Shown one piece after another: positions 1 to 9,025 of a stretch of DNA of 64,000 nt (position 1 is the first letter of the stretch; every line of letters begins with the position of its first letter). Both the position numbers and the translations under genes were made by a program. The notes below the pieces were generated by a model that did not search any database, had not been told where the DNA came from, and saw only the letters and a list, made by a program, of their open reading frames with translations. Source of the DNA: Gammaproteobacteria bacterium (GTDB lineage Bacteria; Pseudomonadota; Gammaproteobacteria; JBCCGL01); assembly GCA_965277715.1 (NCBI GenBank), contig OZ255836.1, forward strand, positions 128,001-192,000, written 5' to 3'.

Positions 1-728
1 TCCAGTAGCTCTTTGCGCTGGCGGTATTCGATACTGGCAAACCGAGCTTTTTGTAACTCAATAGAACTTTTTGTTATTTCTGCCTTACTTACATAATTTT
101 TTGCCAGTAAAGCCTCGCGTGCGCTGTGGCTTGCCTGAATTAAGGGTTCTATTTCCTTTGCCTGAAGAGCCTGGGTTTTTGCGTAACGCATTTCAGCTAG
201 GAGTTCAACTCTCTCTCTCTCCATATTGTCAAGTTGGTCTTTAATAGTGGAGAGGCGCTGGATAATCCAAGCACGCTGAAGTGGCTGTACTGATTCATCT
301 TCCGGTATTTTTCGGTGAATCTCCACCAAATTAAGCTGTTTAAAATCCTCGAACTCAAAACGATTAACAGCACTATACAAAATCAATTGGGATTGGACAC
401 TCTGTAGTTCTGCCTCTATTTCACGCAATTGCGCACGTAAGCTACGATCATCCATCTGAATCAGTATCTCACCCTGTTTGATCCGTTGGCCATCATGCAC
501 TGCCAGCTTTGATACTACACCAGACCGGGCGGCACGGAGGGTTTTTACTTTACCACTGGGAATAATATGCCCTTTAGCTGTAGTAATCACATCAATTGAT
601 GTAAAAATAGCCATCGTAATCGCAACAATCACAGTGATAATCACCGACACTGGCATAATCGAAGAGCCTGGCAGTATCGGTCGTTGTTGCGTCATTAAAT
701 GCTCAGGATGGAAATTTAGCTTTGGCAT
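1..728 (-). CDS. HlyD-family type I secretion membrane fusion protein (runs off window start)
   Basis: Manual translation from ATG at 728: MPKLNFHPEHLMTQQRP...TM segment...IDVITTAKGHIIPSGKVKTLRAARSGVVSKLAVHDGQRIKQGEILIQMD, the typical HlyD N-terminus; directly downstream of the ABC exporter. Confidence 0.85.
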   Translation of the reverse strand, partial: MPKLNFHPEHLMTQQRPILPGSSIMPVSVIITVIVAITMAIFTSIDVITTAKGHIIPSGKVKTLRAARSGVVSKLAVHDGQRIKQGEILIQMDDRSLRAQLREIEAELQSVQSQLILYSAVNRFEFEDFKQLNLVEIHRKIPEDESVQPLQRAWIIQRLSTIKDQLDNMERERVELLAEMRYAKTQALQAKEIEPLIQASHSAREALLAKNYVSKAEITKSSIELQKARFASIEYRQRKELL

Positions 729-733
729 AAGTA

Positions 734-2485
734 TCAATCTACCATTGCCAAAATACGCGAAGAAACGCCTGTCTGGTATTGACATAAGCGACTATATACC
801 CCTTCGTGCTTTATCAAATCCAGGTGTTGGCCTTGCTCAACGATTTCCCCCGCTTGCATAACCACAATACGATCACAGAGACGTGCCAGTGACAAACGGT
901 GAGTTACGATAATAACCGTTTTTTGCCGCCCTAAAGTCTGCAAGTTATCGATCACTTTCGCCTCAGTTTCATAGTCTAGCGCACTACTCGCCTCGTCTAG
1001 TATCAAAAGCGGTGTATCGGCGGCAATAGCACGCGCCAGCGCAATACGCTGTACTTGGCCGCCGGAAAAGTTATGCCCACCTTCCATCACCGGGCTGTAA
1101 TAGCCTTTCGGCAATGTATCAACAAACTGATCAATGCAGGCGATACGTGCAGCCCTGCGCATTACTTCATCATTTGGTGCGTCACAGGCATAGAGAATAT
1201 TACTGGCAATCGTGCCACTGAAGAGTATATTGCGCTGCAACACATAAGAAACTTGTCCACGAACCGATGCGATATCAAGCGTGCGTATTTCATGACCATC
1301 AAGATAGATCCCTCCTTTATACTCATCGTAAGCCAATGATAAAAGTTTTACCAACGTACTTTTACCTGCGCCTGATTCGCCGAGTAGGCACACGCGTTCG
1401 CCGTGGTGAATCTCCATATTAATATTTTTTAACGCCGATGACGAATGTTCAGGATAAGTAAAAGAAAGCTGCCTGAACTCTATAAGACGCTGAAACTTAT
1501 CTGCCATCCGGTAAGAGGTCTGTGTAGCGCTTTGTTCAATCTGGTGTGCAAGCACAGTATTCAAACGTTCGACAGACAGGCGAAAAGCCAGTATCTCCTC
1601 CCAGATGGAAGCGAGCCGGATAAGCGGACTGGTTACCCGGTCTTTCAGCATATTAAAAGCCACCAGCGCGCCAAGCGTGAGGTTCTGTTCCAACACCAGA
1701 GTAGCGCCAACATACAAAACAAATACCTCGGATACCACTCCAATAAACTCCGAGGTACGTTCCGACCACATGCCTACCTGCGCCAACCTGTACGACTTTC
1801 GCAGACGCTTATCCAGTGTTCTGAAAATACCATCCACTCCAGCGGCCGTTTTATTGCTCGCACGAACGGTTTCAATCCCTTGCAAACACTCGATTACCCA
1901 GGATTGATGTTGTACACCGGCTGCAAAATTTTCCTTTTCGCGATGCTTTAGTGTTTTACCGAATAAAAAATACTGACCCGCATGTAAAGGAACGGTTGCC
2001 AATACTATCAGCGACAGTGGCATGCTCAAAGAAAGCATCACCAGTAAAAAAATGAGCATAAAAAGCAAGTCCACAGCCAGTGACAATACCCAGCTACTGA
2101 GTATGCCGCGAATGGCATCCAATTCTGCCGAGCGCGATACGATCTCACCTACTGGCGTGCGATCAAAATATGATTTTTTGAGTTTAAAGAGGTGGCGATA
2201 AAATACACCGGCTGACTCGCTGCCCATGCCGATTCCAACCCATTGAGACACGCGAAACTGCGCCACTTTCAGCAGCTGTGTCAACACTGCCGTAGTCAAC
2301 AGTATTATCAAGATAACGGTTAAAGTCGCATAACCTTCAGACACCAACACACGGTCAATTACCGCCATAAACGACAATGGTGTCGCTAATGACAGAGTAT
2401 TTAGGACAACGCCAATTAGCGCGGTCCAAGCAAGCAACCGGGCATAGCGACGAAATAGACCAGCAAAGAGGCTTTTGGATCCCAC
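734..2485 (-). CDS. HlyB-like type I secretion ABC transporter lacking an N-terminal C39 peptidase domain
   Basis: TM domain begins at the N-terminus (VIDRVLV); Walker A GESGAGKST, signature FSGGQVQR, Walker B LLILDEA; 583 aa. Confidence 0.9.
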   Translation of the reverse strand: MGSKSLFAGLFRRYARLLAWTALIGVVLNTLSLATPLSFMAVIDRVLVSEGYATLTVILIILLTTAVLTQLLKVAQFRVSQWVGIGMGSESAGVFYRHLFKLKKSYFDRTPVGEIVSRSAELDAIRGILSSWVLSLAVDLLFMLIFLLVMLSLSMPLSLIVLATVPLHAGQYFLFGKTLKHREKENFAAGVQHQSWVIECLQGIETVRASNKTAAGVDGIFRTLDKRLRKSYRLAQVGMWSERTSEFIGVVSEVFVLYVGATLVLEQNLTLGALVAFNMLKDRVTSPLIRLASIWEEILAFRLSVERLNTVLAHQIEQSATQTSYRMADKFQRLIEFRQLSFTYPEHSSSALKNINMEIHHGERVCLLGESGAGKSTLVKLLSLAYDEYKGGIYLDGHEIRTLDIASVRGQVSYVLQRNILFSGTIASNILYACDAPNDEVMRRAARIACIDQFVDTLPKGYYSPVMEGGHNFSGGQVQRIALARAIAADTPLLILDEASSALDYETEAKVIDNLQTLGRQKTVIIVTHRLSLARLCDRIVVMQAGEIVEQGQHLDLIKHEGVYSRLCQYQTGVSSRILAMVD

Positions 2486-2508
2486 TTAGCAAGCAACCGT
2501 CGGTAGAA

Positions 2509-5277
2509 TTAAGGCAACCATATAAAGCGCGACTGCGCACTCCGCTTGCCCACCAGAACCTGGAGCACACGTTGTAATGCATCGGGAGCAGGTGCCACTG
2601 TTCTGGCTGCTATGTTAAATATATAGCGAGGTGTAAATCCGGTTATTGTCGTTGAGGCTACTTCTTGCGCAACTATAGCCGGATTTTTATAAAGCCTCTT
2701 CAACCTGTTGAGTTGATTTTTTTTCCATTGTGCTAACTGCGTTGGTTCTGGGGTTGTTTTCGCTAATTTCCTCAATAAGATGTCGATAGTATCAATGATC
2801 TCGTCGACATTTCCTGGGTCGCAGGCAAAGCGGATTATCAGTGTATAAACATCCTGCTCCGATGCAGCACCATCTATAGTAGTGTTAATGGCGTACACAA
2901 GGCTTCGTTGCTCGCGTATCTCAGTTAATAGCACACCCTGAAGCCAGAGCCTGATAAAATCCATTTTATCTGAATTCATATCAGGCAAGGCTGGCTTTTC
3001 GATCTCATAGCGTAACATGACACTGGCTTCTTTTTGTCCGCTACCACTCACCCGGATATCTGCATTATTTTTCGGTCGCGGAAAAAAGCGAACGCTGTCT
3101 TTTTCAATCATGTTGGTAACAACTGGCAATGTTGCGAGACTCCGCAAAACTGCTGGTCGGAGGGTTGGCTCCAGAATATCGCCGACGATGGCTATACGAT
3201 AATTTTGCGCACCCTTGAAATAACGTTGATAAACAGTGCTCACAGCTTGCATATCAATCGAGTTTAGCTCGTCTAGTGTCATCACACGCAAGGCCGCATC
3301 GCGGTTGAAAAGTTCAACTCCCAGTGCATCCTGCCAAGGCTTGGCTGGATTTCGTAGAAACCGCTCAAGGTCGGCACGGTTTTTCGCTTTGTAGTGTCGC
3401 CACGCAGTTGAATCGATCCGCGCTTCGGTTAGAGCGATATGTAGTAGCCGTAGGAGTGTATCGATATCTTCGCTTTTGCCGCTGCCGTTAATACCCCGGT
3501 TAAAGTAGGCAAAGTAAGGCTGTAACCCGGCATTATGATTGTTTAGCCAGTCATTGAATTCGGCCGCGTTTTTATCACGTAAACCACTGGCAGCAATGGT
3601 ATCCAACGCCAACCTCGCGTGCAGGGTTTGAGCTTCTGACAATCGATTCAGCCCACCTGCACCCGCTAGGCTGTAGTGCACTCTGCCGGGGGACCCACCG
3701 CTATATTGGTGCCATACGACAATACCATTACTCAAAGTCCACTCGGTCACCCCTCCAGGCAGTACACGCGTACCAACAATACTACCCTTCACAGCCGGAG
3801 AAATAGACCAGTCTTCGCTCGCTTGTATGGGCACCTGCGCAGCGGAAAATCGGGTTTTATCGACGCTTAGCCACCGTTCAACATGCGCCTGCTCTGTCGG
3901 ATCGGGCCTATCGGCGTGTACCAACAGGACGTGTGGATGACTATCCATAACCTGTGAGACTGCGTTATCGATATCCTCAATCCGCACATTTGCCAATTGT
4001 TCTTCTATTAGCGAGTACCATTGTCTGGCACGAACGATGGGGACACCATAGAGAAAGTTGTGCATGGCGGCGTCGGCCAGGCTGTGCGCGGAATCCCATT
4101 TCACGCGTTGCTCCGCCAAGTAAGCAGTCCGCCAATTATCCAGTTCGATCTGTGTAATGCCTTGCGACAATAGTTGCGCTCGCTCTTCCGCTAGAATGCG
4201 TGTTGCGGTTTCAAAATTTCCCGACGACAATATCGCCTTGAGCGAAACACGCAGCACCTCTGGCGATTCTTGCCGCCACTGGGTATAAAAGTTGCCCACC
4301 GCGCCCTCGGTCGCCTGCAATCGATGATTCAGGCGTCGTCTGAGTATCTTTAAGCCTGCCTGCCAAAGCGCAGCCCTGTAGAGTTTGTCGTGCGTTGTAG
4401 GTCGTGCCATGCGACTAAAGTGATCGAATGATACAGACTCCTCATGCGTGTGTTTATCATTGATAATGAGTGTTTCCGGAAGAGTGTCGATATTGATATT
4501 GTATACTCCAGGGCTGCCGGATAGCTGGGGTGCCCAGTCGGAGAATTTTTCTTTTATCATCTCGATTATTTTGGAAGTGCTGGAAATATCGCCTGTTACG
4601 ATTATTGCGGCATTGTCGGGGCGATACCAACGCTGGTAGTAAGCCCGTAGTGTGCTTGGCTTGGCCGATTCGATACTTTCTAGGGTACCGATGGGATAGC
4701 GCTCAGCGTAGCGACTGTTGCGGTACAGTGCCTGCCAGCGTGCATCATTATCTTCTCGTAAGCGCCACTCCTCACGCACAATCGGTATCTCGCTGGCAAG
4801 CACGTCGGGGGGGAAGCGGATATACCTTGCCCATTGAGTCAACAGATCAATTGCGAAGGCTATATCGCTGTCAGTCGGATCTTCAAGCCTCAGCCAGTAG
4901 GTTGTATGGTCAAAATAAGTGGCGGCATTACTGTGCTGGATAAACGAGATGCCCCGTTTTTTCAACTGTTCGAACAACTGTTGATTAGGGTAATCACGAG
5001 TTGAGTTAAATGCCATATGCTCAACGATATGAGCATGGCCTTGTTGCTCATCCGTTTCGTGTAATGAACCAGATTTTATTACAAGACGAGCTTCCACTAC
5101 TCTAACACTAGCACTTGAATATTTGTTTTTTAAGACTGTAATCGTCATTTTATTGCGAAGAACTCCGGAGTAATCTCCGGCGAACGCCTCTTTGTTTGCT
5201 TTAAATAATGCGAAGGAAAAGATCGTTAGGATGAAAAGTAAAAAAGTAAAAAATTTGATATTTATTTTTAGTTTCAT
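2509..5277 (-). CDS. M16 family zinc peptidase (PqqL-like) with N-terminal signal/anchor
   Basis: Inverted zinc motif HIVEH, NAATYFDHT, RYPIG, YYQRWYRPDNAAIIVTGD; hydrophobic N-terminus; 922 aa. Confidence 0.9.
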   Translation of the reverse strand: MKLKINIKFFTFLLFILTIFSFALFKANKEAFAGDYSGVLRNKMTITVLKNKYSSASVRVVEARLVIKSGSLHETDEQQGHAHIVEHMAFNSTRDYPNQQLFEQLKKRGISFIQHSNAATYFDHTTYWLRLEDPTDSDIAFAIDLLTQWARYIRFPPDVLASEIPIVREEWRLREDNDARWQALYRNSRYAERYPIGTLESIESAKPSTLRAYYQRWYRPDNAAIIVTGDISSTSKIIEMIKEKFSDWAPQLSGSPGVYNINIDTLPETLIINDKHTHEESVSFDHFSRMARPTTHDKLYRAALWQAGLKILRRRLNHRLQATEGAVGNFYTQWRQESPEVLRVSLKAILSSGNFETATRILAEERAQLLSQGITQIELDNWRTAYLAEQRVKWDSAHSLADAAMHNFLYGVPIVRARQWYSLIEEQLANVRIEDIDNAVSQVMDSHPHVLLVHADRPDPTEQAHVERWLSVDKTRFSAAQVPIQASEDWSISPAVKGSIVGTRVLPGGVTEWTLSNGIVVWHQYSGGSPGRVHYSLAGAGGLNRLSEAQTLHARLALDTIAASGLRDKNAAEFNDWLNNHNAGLQPYFAYFNRGINGSGKSEDIDTLLRLLHIALTEARIDSTAWRHYKAKNRADLERFLRNPAKPWQDALGVELFNRDAALRVMTLDELNSIDMQAVSTVYQRYFKGAQNYRIAIVGDILEPTLRPAVLRSLATLPVVTNMIEKDSVRFFPRPKNNADIRVSGSGQKEASVMLRYEIEKPALPDMNSDKMDFIRLWLQGVLLTEIREQRSLVYAINTTIDGAASEQDVYTLIIRFACDPGNVDEIIDTIDILLRKLAKTTPEPTQLAQWKKNQLNRLKRLYKNPAIVAQEVASTTITGFTPRYIFNIAARTVAPAPDALQRVLQVLVGKRSAQSRFIWLP

Positions 5278-5340
5278 GCGACAATTTACTGTATTTTTTA
5301 ATGAAAAACCAATTGTTTAAAAATTAAAATTATTTCCTGA

Positions 5341-6582
5341 TCATCGAATAAAAACAATATTAGGTATCTCCTCTGTCCTGGATATAGCCCTGATTAATTC
5401 GCGGCATGAGTCTTCCTTTGAGCAGTCATATCTGTTGCTGATAAATATTGTAATCATGTCAGAAGTTGAAAAATATGCAGACATTATAACTTGCGAAGCC
5501 AAGTAAGCCTGAGCAAAAATCCGAGGCGGCAACTTGGAAAGGTTGGAACGATCTACAGCGCTTGAGCTAACCTCAAAACCACCTAAGTCGGATTGAATAT
5601 CAGAAATCCAGTTGTTAATCGAATTTAATAAGTCGTTGTTGGAGGATTTCTGCTGTTCCGTATCGATAATATTTGCAAAATGCAAAGATGTGTTTTTTAA
5701 ATCTTTTTTCAATATTTCGATAATTTTTAATCTGTGTCGCTGCGCTCCATCCCAGATAAGGTAATTTCTAGCATCAATCTCTTGTTGTTTGTCCTGAATC
5801 TCTATTGAATTAAATTTCAATTTTTGACGGCAAGCAAGACAGACTGACTGATAATAATCAGCCTCCGAAGGTGAAAACCATTTCAACTGTTTAAAGCCAG
5901 CGGCACATAATCTCTGAGACAGTTCCGCAGGTGTGATAGCTCGCCGTTTCATGGAGATAATTTTCGCGGGTGCCATGGACTTGTCTGGAACCACGAAATA
6001 ACTGCAATCGTGTATTGGAGATCTCGGTGAGCCTTGCCAAATTCGTCTTTGAAAATACAGTATGTTGCCTTTTTCACGACTAACTGGAGCAACATTTGAT
6101 AGGGCAATATCCGGCTCCTCAATCATTAGTTTTCCATAGTCATATATTCCAATAACAGCTATGCCATCTGGTTTTAAACAGTTAAATATCTTTTCTATAC
6201 AGGTTTCCAACTCTGTATCTTCAAGAAAATGAGTGATAAAACTTGAGAGAACAAAAGCAATATCATATTTCTCTTTAAATTCTCTTTCTAAAAAATCTGT
6301 GCACTCTAACTGGATATTTAGATTCTGTTTTTTTGCAAGCTGTCTCGCTACTGCCAAACTCTTTTTACTAAAATCGATCCCTGTGACTTTATGGCCCATC
6401 TGTGCAAGGGCAACGGTGACCTGCCCCGTTCCACATCCAACTTCTAAAATTCGTTGCCCGGCAGGTAAATCTGAGAATATACGAAAGTACAATCTATGTA
6501 CCTCATCAATACCTCCATTTTCTTGGCGGTGCATTAAGTCGTAGTCCTCTGACCAGTCATCATATATATTTTTATACGACAT
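5341..6582 (-). CDS. Class I SAM-dependent methyltransferase with C-terminal degenerate QueC-like domain
   Basis: Motif I ILEVGCGTG, VTGIDFS; likely start MSYKNIYDDW at 6582; C-terminal ~140 aa resemble ORF 7608..8270. Confidence 0.8.
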   Translation of the reverse strand: MSYKNIYDDWSEDYDLMHRQENGGIDEVHRLYFRIFSDLPAGQRILEVGCGTGQVTVALAQMGHKVTGIDFSKKSLAVARQLAKKQNLNIQLECTDFLEREFKEKYDIAFVLSSFITHFLEDTELETCIEKIFNCLKPDGIAVIGIYDYGKLMIEEPDIALSNVAPVSREKGNILYFQRRIWQGSPRSPIHDCSYFVVPDKSMAPAKIISMKRRAITPAELSQRLCAAGFKQLKWFSPSEADYYQSVCLACRQKLKFNSIEIQDKQQEIDARNYLIWDGAQRHRLKIIEILKKDLKNTSLHFANIIDTEQQKSSNNDLLNSINNWISDIQSDLGGFEVSSSAVDRSNLSKLPPRIFAQAYLASQVIMSAYFSTSDMITIFISNRYDCSKEDSCRELIRAISRTEEIPNIVFIR

Positions 6583-7027
6583 GTCGTTTTGTCCCAAAGA
6601 TAGTGTCCCATAGACGAAAATACAGATCATAGTTTACTGAACAGTCCTGATGATGAATAAGGTGGTAGCGCCCCATCGCAAGTCCAGGTATGTTAATTCG
6701 TGGGTTATGATCAACGATGCCTTCGGCAAGAATGAAACCATCAATGTAATATAATACAGCAATCGGCCACGCCTGTGGCCACACCACCATTATGGCTAGT
6801 AAAGGTAAAATTTCAGTTATCCACTGATCTGTGGTAGCTTTCCAATCACCAAACCACCCAATAAGATTAAGCCAACTGAACTCACAGTCACCGGCATAAT
6901 TTACCACATGATGGCTTTTGTGAAACTTCCACAGAAAACTAAAACTGTGTGCTGCTCTATGCGTCCAGTAAATGATAAATGTAAAGAGAAAAAAACAGAT
7001 CGTTAAATTCAAAATGTATGAAATCAT
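6572..7027 (-). CDS. Sterol desaturase / fatty acid hydroxylase family membrane di-iron enzyme
   Basis: His boxes HRAAH, HKSHH, DHN, HLIHH and C-terminal WDTIFGT. Confidence 0.85.
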   Translation of the reverse strand: MISYILNLTICFFLFTFIIYWTHRAAHSFSFLWKFHKSHHVVNYAGDCEFSWLNLIGWFGDWKATTDQWITEILPLLAIMVVWPQAWPIAVLYYIDGFILAEGIVDHNPRINIPGLAMGRYHLIHHQDCSVNYDLYFRLWDTIFGTKRHVV

Positions 7028-7036
7028 AGTAGTATA

Positions 7037-7621
7037 TCAACCCCACTTACACCAAGTATCAGTAAAAACCACTTCGCAGCTATGGTGCCTGGTTAAAATA
7101 TTTCCGCGATTGAAATCCAAAGCATAATTGTAATTTCTAGCGCGTTCTCCCAGTGAGGTAGCGATATTTTTAAGTTCGGAATTTGAAGGAGGGTAATATT
7201 TAGGCCGGTCATCCAGTGATGCGTAGGCATAATTGATCGCCAAGTTTGTCTCTCCCCAAAAGGAACCATCTTTAGGTGCTGGAAATAAGCGTTCCATAAT
7301 AGTCATTGCCGAGATCCCATCATCATGATGGCTTAGGATGTTGGGAAGATATTTGCAATTGTTTTTTTTGGCAAAATCTACAAATCTAGTAAAAGCCTCA
7401 CAGCTTATGCCTATTCGGACTACCGTTCTTTCATCTAATCTGTCGAAAACAATAGCATCGTCCCCTCTACCAATTTCAGAAAAAGATTGCTTGTATATAT
7501 CTTCCAGCTGTGAGGCAGCAACAAGCCAAGCTGGATGTAGTGAAGTCTTCTGTGTTGCCTCGTCGTTAGGTAGTAGCCTGGTGGTGTTATCACAAGTAGA
7601 AATTAGTTTACTGGAGTGCAT
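7037..7621 (-). CDS. Small protein-kinase-like fold protein
   Basis: Gly loop IGRGDDAIV, hinge IMERL, catalytic-loop-like DFNRGNIL, metal-binding VVFTD. Confidence 0.55.
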   Translation of the reverse strand: MHSSKLISTCDNTTRLLPNDEATQKTSLHPAWLVAASQLEDIYKQSFSEIGRGDDAIVFDRLDERTVVRIGISCEAFTRFVDFAKKNNCKYLPNILSHHDDGISAMTIMERLFPAPKDGSFWGETNLAINYAYASLDDRPKYYPPSNSELKNIATSLGERARNYNYALDFNRGNILTRHHSCEVVFTDTWCKWG

Positions 7622-8270
7622 CTTTTATCCTTTCATTATGAGAGACAGAACTTAAAGTGATACATTCAGGACATCTCTGGCAACTAGAGAATGTATCTAC
7701 TTCATCATCATAGGAAGGGTTTCTGCAACTTGCAGTAAATTTAAAGATATCATCTGGCAAATAATTCACCTCTTCCTGTTTTGTTGGGGGATAAGGCCAC
7801 AAAAAACACTGTGGATGATCTTCGTTCCCCCAGATCAACCTTAAAATACGCACTGTGTAAGCGCGAAGAAACTGATAAATCTCGCTACCAGGATTCCAAC
7901 TCTTGTCTTCATCACTGTTCATGCTCAATAAAATGCGATCTTTACGGCAGAAAGAATGTGAAAGCGCTGAGTGTGCAGAAAAAAACATGGCGGTGGAGGT
8001 GTCTCTCGCAAAGTTCCTGAAACTTGTTAAGTTCACACTACTGCTGTCAAAGTGAAACTCCCTATATCTACTTAATAAGATAGGATGCATAAAGGAAATT
8101 GCCCGATCTTCGTAGGGTGCTGTATATGTCTTTTTCTTTCCGGTATCATCCAAAGCATATCGACTAATGTGGTGAGCATAAACATCGTCGTTAGTTTCGC
8201 GGAGAAGGCGAACCAATCCATAAGTACTGTCCAGTCCACCGCTCCACATTACAAGCGTTTTACGTTTCAT
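7608..8270 (-). CDS. QueC-like PP-loop ATP pyrophosphatase
   Basis: N-terminal LVMWSGGLDST PP-loop and C-terminal Cys cluster SC-x-CQRCPEC as in QueC. Confidence 0.8.
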   Translation of the reverse strand: MKRKTLVMWSGGLDSTYGLVRLLRETNDDVYAHHISRYALDDTGKKKTYTAPYEDRAISFMHPILLSRYREFHFDSSSVNLTSFRNFARDTSTAMFFSAHSALSHSFCRKDRILLSMNSDEDKSWNPGSEIYQFLRAYTVRILRLIWGNEDHPQCFLWPYPPTKQEEVNYLPDDIFKFTASCRNPSYDDEVDTFSSCQRCPECITLSSVSHNERIKDALQ

Positions 8271-8452
8271 TTCCTGAGCTCCTCATTTATACAACTCGAT
8301 TAGGTTAAATAGCACTTGACATAGCTTTTCTGCCACGATTTGTGAAAACACAATCGAAAAGTATGCGTGAGACTAATTTGACTTGCTTTTTACCCTAGCA
8401 TATTCGTCTATATAGTGATGTTTTTACAGTAATTAAGTATTGCGATGAAGCA

Positions 8453-8647
8453 TCAGCGTGTGCTAAGCCAATTGCTCAGAGGGTTAATTATCATATAAAA
8501 TACAACCAAATAAATGAGAAAAAATGTAACTAACTCCACATAGGACAAGCTTTTTTCTGACATGAAAAGGACCAAAATAAAATAAATAACCGTAGAAATA
8601 ATCGTACTAAGAAGTGACATATATATATTTTTTCTTTTGATAAACAT
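8453..8647 (-). CDS. Small two-TM membrane protein, candidate immunity protein
   Basis: 64 aa, two hydrophobic helices, RBS-like GGAG upstream, just downstream of the precursor. Confidence 0.55.
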   Translation of the reverse strand: MFIKRKNIYMSLLSTIISTVIYFILVLFMSEKSLSYVELVTFFLIYLVVFYMIINPLSNWLSTR

Positions 8648-8951
8648 TTTGATTCTCCAATTTTCATTTGGCTTTAATTATAGATGCGGAATAATCATTA
8701 AATTTAATTTTATGCAACTATTTTACACCTGAAAGCCAGGTTAACTAAAAACTAAAAATATTTAGTAACATAGCTATAAATAATGTCTTGCTTATATTTA
8801 TATTACTTAGTTTTCCGTATTATAAACTAGTAAAAAATTTCTGCATAACTAGAGACACTAACAAGAGTTTAAGGGTTAACCTATTCATTTTCAGGCGAAC
8901 GATTAGCTGTCTATTCACTAATATCCTGTTCTTGAAAAAAATTATCGCAAA

Positions 8952-8971
8952 GGGCATCTAAATTGATGCCC
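8952..8971 (-). terminator. Hairpin downstream of the precursor gene
   Basis: GGGCATC-taaatt-GATGCCC, followed by TTT on the minus strand. Confidence 0.4.
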
Positions 8972-9025
8972 ATTACCAGAAATACCCAAACTTAGTGCTT
9001 AAAAAAACGCCTCATTAATCCGCCA

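Noticed and set aside
478-861. 127-aa plus-strand ORF
   Set aside because: Antisense shadow of the HlyD gene, which the track missed because it runs off the window.
7608-8270. Housekeeping queC or lasso-peptide cyclase
   Set aside because: No other queuosine genes nearby; far too short for a lasso cyclase, and no B protein or lasso-type precursor.
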